Shown in pieces: positions 36,820 through 49,946 of a stretch of 64,000 nucleotides of DNA. The position numbers and the translations under genes were made by a program. The stretch is taken from NCBI RefSeq assembly GCF_009914755.1, contig NC_060925.1; one strand, written 5' to 3'. The stretch is from the human T2T-CHM13v2.0 reference genome, Homo sapiens. Below the pieces are notes generated by a model. It saw nothing but the letters and a program-made list of their open reading frames with translations, had not been told where the DNA came from and searched no databases. Numbering within the stretch: the stretch's first letter is position 1; each line of letters begins with the position of its first letter.

Positions 36820-38425
36820 TTTATTAATTCACATCAGTACCCACCAAAACCAATCAGCATAACAAAAGATTATAACACTGAATGTAAAAAACAATCCAAC
36901 AGTCCAGAGTGATAGGCAAAAGCTTTTAATTGTATAGATTAAAATAACTTTGGACAAAAATTAAAACTCAGGCAGAGAATGTTTTTTTTTTCAACAACAC
37001 ACACTAGCAAAAACAAAGGCACAGTAAACATTGAGGCCGAAAGTTTCCAGCGTAGAGATATGAATATAATAATAGACACAGGCAGGGATGATTAATAAAT
37101 GATAAAATGTTTACAGGATGATCATCGGAATACAGGACATTTCTAATTTTGAAAACCACCCTCCCAAATACTTCATTATAAGTAAGGTGTCTCTAAAAGG
37201 GACAGATCTCCTAGACCCCTCCTTAACCAAGTAACCAGTCCTGATATCATGATAATGCTGATGGACAAACTAGACCTTCTCTGCCCGCAGATGGGCTAAG
37301 GTTGGAAACTCACAGCATTGTCTCTGCAGTGTTCCCGGCAAAACGTTTAGGCTGAATTTAATCATGAAGACATTTTCAGACAACTTCAGAATGTAGATCA
37401 TTGAGCCAGACAGCTGACCTGTCCTCTATAAACAAGTCCATGTCACCACCATCAATGACAACAACAAAAAGATGAGGAAATATTTGGGGTTCAAAATAAC
37501 TAAAGAAATGCAGCTACATTATCTTTTTACTTTTTTTGAACCCAAAATATCTCTTCTCCTTTTTGTTGTGTGATTTGTGGTGATATGGACTATGTGAAGG
37601 AGACAGGTCAGTTGTCCTGCTCAGTGTTCTACATTCTGCAGTTGTCTGGTGATTACCTCCTATGAAACTCAGGCTAAGCGTTTTCTGCAAGAACATGGCG
37701 TTGTTCATATTCTGCACCGGCAGAGTCCTGGGTGACATGCTGTCTCCTGCCAGCGGCTCCTGACTCCTGTTCTCTACAGGATGGAATTGAGAGGAGCAGG
37801 GCTAAGGCCTCCCAATGCTGTTTGTCCATCTAGCTGTGGTCTTCCTAAGTAATGACACCAATTGGAGGCTGAAGGACTGTGGCTTCTCTAACCAAAGGAG
37901 CCTAGCGGGTTAACAATTGTCAAGAGCAGTTGGTGGTTCTGAAATACAATCCTCAGCCAAGGATCCCTCCTGTGTTAAAGATGGATCAGCTAAAACAATT
38001 CAACACTGAAGATACAAAGAATGAGGTTAGGTTCATTGAAACCAGGGTAACACCTTTGGATGAGCTAAACACAAAGATGACACTGACCTTGAGCAGGTAT
38101 AGAAGCTCAGAGACATGCCTGCAAAATGAAATCCCTGAGGAACTTTGTAGCTACCCAGAGATACGTGGTTCAAATTAAAATGTCTGACTGATCACTCCCG
38201 GCATGTGCTGCACAGTTATGTGAACGTGTCACACCTAACTTGGGTCCATTGTCTTCAGACTGAGCACAGGTTGCCACTGGCATGGTCTGAGAATAGGAAT
38301 AGAGCCATGCCCACTGACCCATCCTATGTCTGGGCTTCCAAATGGAACTATAGTTTCATTCAAATCTTCACGTGCCTATAGGTCCTGCCTGCAGGAATGA
38401 CATCTCTCAGCTTAGTAAGGGCTGC
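36820..38425 (-). other. NBPF1: NBPF 3' UTR with poly(A) signals ATTAAA (36925-36930) and AATAAA (36820-36825)
   Basis: Follows the TAA at 38426-38428; CAATTAAAAGCTTTTGCCTATCA resembles recalled NBPF mRNA ends; cleavage site inferred. Confidence 0.7.
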
Positions 38426-39391
38426 TTACTGTGGGAATATGACTCCCATCTGGAAGACCAGGTGGAGACTTGTTCCCATCAAAGTAAGAAACCTATTGTC
38501 CACGTCAAGGGCGAAGCTGATGTGCTGTTCCTCAAATGAGTAAAACACACTTCTGTAGTGCTGGAATGAGTCAGGTAGTTCAAAGAACAGTGACGGAGTC
38601 GAATAACATCTATCCAGTGAGTCCTGCAAGATTTCAGGCTCTTCCACTTCCATCAGCACACCGCTGAGCCTGGAAAAGCAGACAAAACTAAAGAAGCAGC
38701 CAGGGAAAATCAGACACCACAGAGCCCCACTAGATTTCAGAAGTAACATAAGGAAGTGGTAAGAAAAGAAAAGGATAGATCCATTAATGAGGTAAAAAAA
38801 AAAATTATTGCCTTTATGTTGGGATAGAAAAGGGCCAGGTAGAAAACAATGAAAGAGAAAGACAGAGAGACAGAGACAGAGACAGAGACAGAGAGAAAAT
38901 GAGCTAGTGAATTGGCCAGGTGACATACTGGTAAGGGAGTAAAAGGACACTCTGAGTTAGTGCCCTCATGACACACAGCAAACTGCGATCATGAAAAGAG
39001 TGAGCTCAATAGTTTTCCATAAAATATGCTCAAAATTCGATGCAGTGGCCACGAGAGTACAGCTTTTGAAGTATGGTCATCCTATGGTACGTTAGTAAAT
39101 GATAAGGGGAGGAAGAAATGGAAACCTAAACGTCTCCTGCAATGAAAACCAACAGCAATGACAGTAGGAGTAATTCAGCCTTCGCTGAAAACATGAAATC
39201 AAACACACTCTGGTTTCCCTGAATCTGTTGCCTCCAGGTGTTAACACAGAATTAAGCATCCACAATTGCTGAAAGTTACCTGGGGCATGGTGGGTTTTGA
39301 TCTTCTTCCCCTTCTTTTCTTCCCCTTCTCCTTCTTTTCTTCGTTGATCTTCTTCCCCTTCTTTTCTTCCCCTTCCCCTTCTTTTCAATTT
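38426..39391 (-). CDS. NBPF1: Terminal CON3 Olduvai domain: 112-nt small exon 39280-39391 and terminal coding exon 38426-38669
   Basis: [37 protein letters not shown]|[39 protein letters not shown]...GVIFPQ*. Confidence 0.93.
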
Positions 39392-40474
39392 CTGCAATAA
39401 ATTCAGACATGGACAGACACATTAAGCTGATTCCCCTACACACATAACAATCCACTGTCTAATCCTCACACAGGGACCTCAGGCTCCTCAGCATAAGAAT
39501 AGGAGACTGTGAGAGATATATTTCAGGAGGCCTGAAGGCTGGTCATGATAGAAATTCCTCGGTTTTTCTCCCAGAAACTGTGGGTAAAATGTCCCTATTC
39601 TAGTAGATCGTTATCCCAATATCATTTGTCCCGAGTTTGTGCAAACAGTTATGCCATATTTTTCCAATCAATTTAAAGCAAACACCCTCAAATGATTTCT
39701 AGGAGAAAAACTGCAATATTTAGCCCTGTCTCATCAAATACTCAGATTGTTCATGGTTGTGAGGACTTTAGACACTGAAATTAGAGTGAAAAAGGAAATC
39801 TACCAACCCTTGAGTCAAAATCATAGTTCTCTGAATTTGTCACATCTGCCCAGGTCCAATGTCATGAGAGTAGAATCAGAGTGCCACAGGCATGGCCTGA
39901 GACTAGGAAGAGAGCCATGCTCACTGACCCATCCCATGTCTGGGCTTCCAGTTAGAACTAGAGTTTCATTCAACCTACATGTGCCTATAGGTCCTCACTG
40001 CAGCAATGACATCTCTCAGCTCAGTAATGGCCACTTGGAGCAGGAATATGATCTTTATATGGAAGACTCAGTGGATCCTTATCACCTTCATAGAAAGGTA
40101 CTCACCTCCCACGTCAAGAGAAAAGCCAACATGTTTTTCCTCCAATGCATAAAAGGAACTTCCATAGGGCAGGCAGGAGTCAGGCTGTTCAAGACAACTG
40201 GAAGGAGTTGAATAACATCTATCCAGTGAGTCCTGCAAGACTTCAGGCTCTACTGCCTCCAGCAGCTCCCTGCTGAGCCTGGAAAAGGAGGAAAAAGTAA
40301 AGAATAAGCCAGGGGAAATCAGACACAACAGAGCCCCAACTAGGTTTCATGGGTAGCATAAGGAAGTGGTTGAAAAAGTAAAAGGAGAGATCCATTAATG
40401 AGGTAACAAATTATTGCCTTCATGTTGGGACAGAACAGGGCCAAATGGAAAAGAATGAAAGAGAAAGACAGATA

Positions 40475-40521
<47 letters not shown>

Positions 40522-43500
40522 AATGAGCTCAGTGAATTGTCCAGGTGACACACTGATGAGGGAGTAACAGGACACTCTGAGTTAGTGCCCTCAGGACACA
40601 CAGCATACAGTGATCAGGAAAGGACTGTGCTCAATAATTTTCCATAAAATGTGCTCAAGTTTCCATGCAGTCGCCATGAGAATACAGTTTTTGAAGTCTG
40701 GTCCACCTACAGTAGGTTAGTAAATGATAAGGGGAGGAAGAAATGGAAACCTAAATATCTACTGCAATGAAACCAACAGCAATGTTAGTAGGAATAATTC
40801 AGGCTCGGTTGAAAAGATGTAATCGATAATGTCAGCCCGCCCTGTTTTCCCTGAACCAGGAGTCTCCAGATGTCAACACAGAAGTAGCTGTTCACAATTG
40901 CTCAGTTACCTGGAGCATGGTGGGCCTTGGTCTTCTTCCTCTTCTTGGTCCTTTTTAATTCCTGCAATACATTCAGACAGGGACAGACAAAATAAGCCAA
41001 TTCACCTACACCCGTAACAGTCCACTGTCTAATCCCCACACAGGGATCTCAGGCTCCTCAGCAAGAGAACAGGACAATGTGAGAGATATACTTCAGGAGG
41101 CCTGAAAGCTGGTCATGATATTCTTTGGTTTGCATCTCAGAACCAAGGGTGAAATATCCCTATTCTGGTAGATCGTTATCCCAAAATCATTTATCCCAAG
41201 TTTGTGCAAACAGTTATGCCTTATTGTTCCCATCAGTTCAAAGACAATGCCCCAGATGATTTCTAGGAGGAAAACTGCAGTATTCAGCCCTGTCTCATCA
41301 AATGCCCAGCTCGTTCATGGATGCAAGAATTTTAGACACTGAAATTAGAATGAGGGAGGAAATCTACAAACCCTTGAGTCCAAATCATAGTTCTGTGAAT
41401 TTTTTACATCTGCCTGGGTCCAATGTGCTGAGAGCGGGCTCAGGTTGCCACAGGCATGGCTGGAGACTAGGAATAGAGCCTTGCTCACTGACCCATTTCA
41501 TGTCTAGGCTTCCAGCGGAGACTACAGTTTCATTACAACCTATATGCGCCCATAGGTCCTGCCTGCGGCAATGACATCTCTCGGGTCAGTAAGGGCCACT
41601 GGGAACAGGAATATCACCCCTATCTGGAAGACCAGGTGGAGGCTTATCACCTTCATAGTAAGGTACTCACTGTCCACGTCAAGAGCCAAGCCAAGGTACT
41701 GTTCCTCCAATGAGTAAACAGCACTTCTGTAGGGCTGGCCTAAGTCAGGCAGTTCAAGATAACCTGAAGGAGTCGAATAACATCTATCCAGGGAGTCCTG
41801 CAAGACTTCAGGCTCTTTCTCATCCAGCAGCTCCCTGCTGAGCCTGGAAAAGTAGGAAAAAGTAAAGAATAAGCCAGGGGGAATCAGAAACCACACAGCC
41901 CCAGCTACATTTCATGGCTAACATAAGGAACTGTTTAAACAGAAAAAGGACAGATCCATTAGTGAGGTAATGAATTATTGCCTTTATGTTGGGATAGACC
42001 AGGGCCAGGTAGAAAAGAATGAAAGAGAAAGACAGGGAGAGGGAGAGGGAGAGAGAGACAGAGGAGAAAGTGAGCTCAGCGAATTGGCCGGGTGACACAC
42101 TGATGAAGGGGTCAAAGGACACTCTGAGTTAGTGCCCTCGGGACACACAGAGAACAGTGATCATGAAAAGAGTGGGCTCAATAATTTTCCATAAACTTGC
42201 TTAAGATTCCATGCAGTTGCCATACAGCCTTTGAGGTATGGTCAACCTACAGTAAGTTAGTAAATGATAAGGGGAGGAAGAAATGGAAACCTAAACATCT
42301 ACTGCAAGGAAAACCAACAGCAATGTCAGTAGGAGTAATTCAACCTTCGTTGAGAACATGAAATTGAACATACTCTTGTTTTCCCTGGACCTGGCATCTC
42401 CAGGTGTCAACACAGAATTAAGCATCCATAATTGCTCAAAGTTACCTGGGGCATGATGGGTCTTGGTCTTCTTCCACTTCTTGGTACTTTTCAATTTCTG
42501 CAATAAGTTCAGACATGGACAGACATATTAAGCTGGTTCTCCTACACACATAACAATCCACTGTCTAATCCTCACACAGGGACTTCAGGCTCCTCAGCAT
42601 GAGAATAGGACACTGTGAGAGATCTTCTTCAGGAGGCCTGAAGGCTGATCATGATAGAGATTCCTGGGTTTTTGTCCCAGAAACTGTGGGTAAAATTCCC
42701 TATTCTGGTAGATCGTTATCCCAAGATCATTTGTCCCAAGTTTGTGCAAATGGTTATGCCATATTTTTCCAATCGATTTAAAGCAAATGCCCCCAAATGG
42801 TTGCTGGGAGAAAAACTGCAATATTCAGCCCTGTCTCATCAAATACTCAGATTCTTCATGGTAGCGAGGATTTTAGACGCTGAAATTAGAGTGAAGGATG
42901 AAATCTACAAGATCTACAAAATTGAGACAAAATCAGAGTTGTGTGAATTTGTCACATCTGCCCAGATCCAACATCTTGAGAGTAGGATTAGGGTGCCACA
43001 GGCATGGCCTGAGACTAGGAAGAGAGCCCTGCTCACTGACCCATCCCTTGCCTGGGCTTCCAAGTGGAACTAGAGTTTCATTCAACCTACATGTGCCTAT
43101 AGGTCCTCCCTGTGGCAATGACATCTCTCAGCTCAGTAAGGGCCATTTGCAGTAGGAATATGACCCTAACCAGAAGACTCAGTGGATCCTTATCACCTTC
43201 ATAGAAAGGTACTCACCATCCATGTCAAGAGCCCAGCCAACACGCTGTTGCTCCAATATGTAAAAGGCACTTCTGTAGGGCTGGCATGAGTCAGTCAGTT
43301 CAAGATAACCTGAAGGAGTTGAATAACATCTATCCAGTGAGTCCTGCAAGACTTCAGGCCCTTTCTCATCCAGCAGCTCCCTGCTGAGCCTGGAACAGTG
43401 GGAAAAAGTAAAGAATAAGCCAGGGGAAATCAGAAACCACACAGCCCCAGCTAGATTTCATGGCTAACATAAGGAAGAGTTTGAAAAGAAAAAGGACAGA

Positions 43501-45190
43501 TCCATTAATGAGGTAACAAATTATTGTCTTTATGTTGGGATAGAACAGGGCCAGGTAGAAAACAATGAAAGAGAAAGACAGAGAGACAGAGACAGAGACA
43601 GAGACAGAGAGAAAGTGAGCTAGTGAATTGGCCAGGTGACATACTGGTAAGGGAGTAAAAGGACACTCTGAGTTAGTGCCCTCATGACACACAGCAAACT
43701 GCGATCATGAAAAGAGTGAGCTCAATAGTTTTCCATAAAATATGCTCAAAATTCAATGCAGTGGCCACGAGAGTACAGCTTTTGAAGTATGGTCATCCTA
43801 TGGTACGTTAGTAAATGATAAGGGGAGGAAGAAATGGAAACCTAAACATCTACTGCAATGAAAACCAACAGCAATGACAGTAGGAGTAATTCAGCCTTCG
43901 TTGAAAACATGAAATCAAACACACTCTGGTTTCCCTGAATCTGTTGCCTCCAGGTGTTAACACAGAATTAAGCATCCACAATTGCTGAAAGTTACCTGGG
44001 GCATGGTGGGTTTTGATCTTCTTCCCTTTCTTTTCTTCCCCTTCTCCTTCTTTTCTTCGTTGATCTTCTTCCCCTTCTTTTCTTCCCCTTCCCCTTCTTT
44101 TCAATTTCTGCAATAAATTCAGACATGGACAGACACATTAAGCTGATTCCCCTACACACATAACAATCCACTGTCTAATCCTCACACAGGGACCTCAGGC
44201 TCCTCAGCATAAGAATAGGAGACTGTGAGAGATATATTTCAGGAGGCCTGAAGGCTGGTCATGATAGAAATTCCTCGGTTTTTCTCCCAGAAACTGTGGG
44301 TAAAATGTCCCTATTCTAGTAGATCGTTATCCCAATATCATTTGTCCCGAGTTTGTACAAACAGTTATGCCATATTTTTCCAATCAATTTAAAGCAAATA
44401 CCCTCAAATGATTTCTAGGAGAAAAACTGCAATATTTAGCCCTGTCTCATCAAATACTCAGATTGTTCATGGTTGTGAGGACTTTAGACACTGAAATTAG
44501 AGTGAAAAAGGAAATCTACAAACCCTTGAGTCAAAATCATAGTTCTCTGAATTTGTCACATCTGCCCAGGTCCAATGTCATGAGAGTAGAATCAGAGTGC
44601 CACAGGCATGGCCTGAGACTAGGAAGAGAGCCATGCTCACTGACCCATCCCATGTCAGGGCTTCCAGTTAGAACTAGAGTTTCATTCAACCTACATGTGC
44701 CTATAGGTCCTCACTGCAGCAATGACATCTCTCAGCTCAGTAATGGCCACTTGGAGCAGGAATATGATCTTTATATGGAAGACTCAGTGGATCCTTATCA
44801 CCTTCATAGAAAGGTACTCACCTCCCACGTCAAGAGAAAAGCCAACATGTTTTTCCTCCAATGCATAAAAGGAACTTCCATAGGGCAGGCAGGAGTCAGG
44901 CTGTTCAAGACAACTGGAAGGAGTTGAATAACATCTATCCAGTGAGTCCTGCAAGACTTCAGGCTCTACTGCCTCCAGCAGCTCCCTGCTGAGCCTGGAA
45001 AAGGAGGAAAAAGTAAAGAATAAGCCAGGGGAAATCAGACACAACAGAGCCCCAACTAGGTTTCATGGGTAGCATAAGGAAGTGGTTGAAAAAGTAAAAG
45101 GAGAGATCCATTAATGAGGTAACAAATTATTGCCTTCATGTTGGGACAGAACAGGGCCAAATGGAAAAGAATGAAAGAGAAAGACAGATA

Positions 45191-45235
<45 letters not shown>

Positions 45236-48200
45236 AATGAGCTCAGTGAATTGTCCAGGTGACACACTGATGAGGGAGTAACAGGACACTCTGAGTTAGT
45301 GCCCTCAGGACACACAGCATACAGTGATCAGGAAAGGACTGTGCTCAATAATTTTCCATAAAATGTGCTCAAGTTTCCATGCAGTCGCCATGAGAATACA
45401 GTTTTTGAAGTCTGGTCCACCTACAGTAGGTTAGTAAATGATAAGGGGAGGAAGAAATGGAAACCTAAATATCTACTGCAATGAAAACCAACAGCAATGT
45501 TAGTAGGAATAATTCAGGCTCGGTTGAAAAGATGTAATCGATAATGTCAGCCCGCCCTGTTTTCCCTGAACCAGGAGTCTCCAGATGTCAACACAGAAGT
45601 AGCTGTTCACAATTGCTCAGTTACCTGGGGCATGGTGGGCCTTGGTCTTCTTCCTCTTCCTGGTCCTTTTTAATTCCTGCAATACATTCAGACAGGGACA
45701 GACAAAATAAGCCAATTCACCTACACCCGTAACAGTCCACTGTCTAATCCCCACACAGGGATCTCAGGCTCCTCAGCAAGAGAACAGGACAATGTGAGAG
45801 ATATACTTCAGGAGGCCTGAAAGCTGGTCATGATATTCTTTGGTTTGCATCTCAGAACCAAGGGTGAAATATCCCTATTCTGGTAGATCGTTATCCCAAA
45901 ATCATTTATCCCAAGTTTGTGCAAACAGTTATGCCTTATTGTTCCCATCAGTTCAAAGACAATGCCCCAGATGATTTCTAGGAGGAAAACTGCAGTATTC
46001 AGCCCTGTCTCATCAAATGCCCAGCTCGTTCATGGATGCAAGAATTTTAGACACTGAAATTAGAATGAGGGAGGAAATCTACAAACCCTTGAGTCCAAAT
46101 CATAGTTCTGTGAATTTTTTACATCTGCCTGGGTCCAATGTGCTGAGAGCGGGCTCAGGTTGCCACAGGCATGGCTGGAGACTAGGAATAGAGCCTTGCT
46201 CACTGACCCATTTCATGTCTAGGCTTCCAGCGGAGACTACAGTTTCATTACAACCTATATGCGCCCATAGGTCCTGCCTGCGGCAATGACATCTCTCGGG
46301 TCAGTAAGGGCCACTGGGAACAGGAATATCACCCCTATCTGGAAGACCAGGTGGAGGCTTATCACCTTCATAGTAAGGTACTCACTGTCCACGTCAAGAG
46401 CCAAGCCAAGGTACTGTTCCTCCAATGAGTGAACAGCACTTCTGTAGGGCTGGCCTAAGTCAGGCAGTTCAAGATAACCTGAAGGAGTCGAATAACATCT
46501 ATCCAGTGAGTCCTGCAAGACTTCAGGCTCTTTCTCATCCAGCAGCTCCCTGCTGAGCCTGGAAAAGTAGGAAAAAGTAAAGAATAAGCCAGGGGGAATC
46601 AGAAACCACACAGCCCCAGCTACATTTCATGGCTAACATAAGGAACTGTTTAAACAGAAAAAGGGCAGATCCATTAATGAGGTAATGAATTATTGCCTTT
46701 ATGTTGGGATAGACCAGGGCCAGGTAGAAAAGAATGAAAGAGAAAGACAGGGAGAGGGAGAGGGAGAGAGAGACAGAGGAGAAAGTGAGCTCAGCGAGTT
46801 GGCCGGGTGACACACTGATGAAGGGGTCAAAGGACACTGAGTTAGTGCCCTCGGGACACACAGAGAACAGTGATCATGAAAAGAGTGGGCTCAATAATTT
46901 TCCATAAACTTGCTTAAGATTCCATGCAGTTGCCATACAGCCTTTGAGGTATGGTCAACCTACAGTAAGTTAGTAAATGATAAGGGGAGGAAGAAATGGA
47001 AACCTAAACATCTACTGCAAGGAAAACCAACAGCAATGTCAGTAGGAGTAATTCAACCTTCGTTGAGAACATGAAATTGAACATACTCTTGTTTTCCCTG
47101 GACCTGGCATCTCCAGGTGTCAACACAGAATTAAGCATCCATAATTGCTCAAAGTTACCTGGGGCATGATGGGTCTTGGTCTTCTTCCACTTCTTGGTAC
47201 TTTTCAATTTCTGCAATAAGTTCAGACATGGACAGACATATTAAGCTGGTTCTCCTACACACATAACAATCCACTGTCTAATCCTCACACAGGGACTTCA
47301 GGCTCCTCAGCATGAGAATAGGACACTGTGAGAGATCTTCTTCAGGAGGCCTGAAGGCTGATCATGATAGAGATTCCTGGGTTTTTGTCCCAGAAACTGT
47401 GGGTAAAATTCCCTATTCTGGTAGATCGTTATCCCAAGATCATTTGTCCCAAGTTTGTGCAAATGGTTATGCCATATTTTTCCAATCGATTTAAAGCAAA
47501 TGCCCCCAAATGGTTGCTGGGAGAAAAACTGCAATATTCAGCCCTGTCTCATCAAATACTCAGATTCTTCATGGTAGCGAGGATTTTAGACGCTGAAATT
47601 AGAGTGAAGGATGAAATCTACAAGATCTACAAAATTGAGACAAAATCAGAGTTGTGTGAATTTGTCACATCTGCCCAGATCCAACATCTTGAGAGTAGGA
47701 TTAGGGTGCCACAGGCATGGCCTGAGACTAGGAAGAGAGCCCTGCTCACTGACCCATCCCTTGCCTGGGCTTCCAAGTGGAACTAGAGTTTCATTCAACC
47801 TACATGTGCCTATAGGTCCTCCCTGTGGCAATGACATCTCTCAGCTCAGTAAGGGCCATTTGCAGTAGGAATATGACCCTAACCAGAAGACTCAGTGGAT
47901 CCTTATCACCTTCATAGAAAGGTACTCACCATCCATGTCAAGAGCCCAGCCAACACGCTGTTGCTCCAATATGTAAAAGGCACTTCTGTAGGGCTGGCAT
48001 GAGTCAGTCAGTTCAAGATAACCTGAAGGAGTTGAATAACATCTATCCAGTGAGTCCTGCAAGACTTCAGGCCCTTTCTCATCCAGCAGCTCCCTGCTGA
48101 GCCTGGAACAGTGGGAAAAAGTAAAGAATAAGCCAGGGGAAATCAGAAACCACACAGCCCCAGCTAGATTTCATGGCTAACATAAGGAAGAGTTTGAAAA

Positions 48201-49903
48201 GAAAAAGGACAGATCCATTAATGAGGTAACAAATTATTGTCTTTATGTTGGGATAGAACAGGGCCAGGTAGAAAACAATGAAAGAGAAAGACAGAGAGAC
48301 AGAGACAGAGACAGAGACAGAGAGAAAGTGAGCTAGTGAATTGGCCAGGTGACATACTGGTAAGGGAGTAAAAGGACACTCTGAGTTAGTGCCCTCATGA
48401 CACACAGCAAACTGCGATCATGAAAAGAGTGAGCTCAATAGTTTTCCATAAAATATGCTCAAAATTCAATGCAGTGGCCACGAGAGTACAGCTTTTGAAG
48501 TATGGTCATCCTATGGTACGTTAGTAAATGATAAGGGGAGGAAGAAATGGAAACCTAAACATCTACTGCAATGAAAACCAACAGCAATGACAGTAGGAGT
48601 AATTCAGCCTTCGTTGAAAACATGAAATCAAACACACTCTGGTTTCCCTGAATCTGTTGCCTCCAGGTGTTAACACAGAATTAAGCATCCACAATTGCTG
48701 AAAGTTACCTGGGGCATGGTGGGTTTTGATCTTCTTCCCTTTCTTTTCTTCCCCTTCTCCTTCTTTTCTTCGTTGATCTTCTTCCCCTTCTTTTCTTCCC
48801 CTTCCCCTTCTTTTCAATTTCTGCAATAAATTCAGACATGGACAGACACATTAAGCTGATTCCCCTACACACATAACAATCCACTGTCTAATCCTCACAC
48901 AGGGACCTCAGGCTCCTCAGCATAAGAATAGGAGACTGTGAGAGATATATTTCAGGAGGCCTGAAGGCTGGTCATGATAGAAATTCCTCGGTTTTTCTCC
49001 CAGAAACTGTGGGTAAAATGTCCCTATTCTAGTAGATCGTTATCCCAATATCATTTGTCCCGAGTTTGTGCAAACAGTTATGCCATATTTTTCCAATCAA
49101 TTTAAAGCAAATACCCTCAAATGATTTCTAGGAGAAAAACTGCAATATTTAGCCCTGTCTCATCAAATACTCAGATTGTTCATGGTTGTGAGGACTTTAG
49201 ACACTGAAATTAGAGTGAAAAAGGAAATCTACAAACCCTTGAGTCAAAATCATAGTTCTCTGAATTTGTCACATCTGCCCAGGTCCAATGTCATGAGAGT
49301 AGAATCAGAGTGCCACAGGCATGGCCTGAGACTAGGAAGAGAGCCATGCTCACTGACCCATCCCATGTCAGGGCTTCCAGTTAGAACTAGAGTTTCATTC
49401 AACCTACATGTGCCTATAGGTCCTCACTGCAGCAATGACATCTCTCAGCTCAGTAATGGCCACTTGGAGCAGGAATATGATCTTTATATGGAAGACTCAG
49501 TGGATCCTTATCACCTTCATAGAAAGGTACTCACCTCCCACGTCAAGAGAAAAGCCAACATGTTTTTCCTCCAATGCATAAAAGGAACTTCCATAGGGCA
49601 GGCAGGAGTCAGGCTGTTCAAGACAACTGGAAGGAGTTGAATAACATCTATCCAGTGAGTCCTGCAAGACTTCAGGCTCTACTGCCTCCAGCAGCTCCCT
49701 GCTGAGCCTGGAAAAGGAGGAAAAAGTAAAGAATAAGCCAGGGGAAATCAGACACAACAGAGCCCCAACTAGGTTTCATGGGTAGCATAAGGAAGTGGTT
49801 GAAAAAGTAAAAGGAGAGATCCATTAATGAGGTAACAAATTATTGCCTTCATTTTGGGACAGAACAGGGCCAAATGGAAAAGAATGAAAGAGAAAGACAG
49901 ATA

Positions 49904-49946
<43 letters not shown>

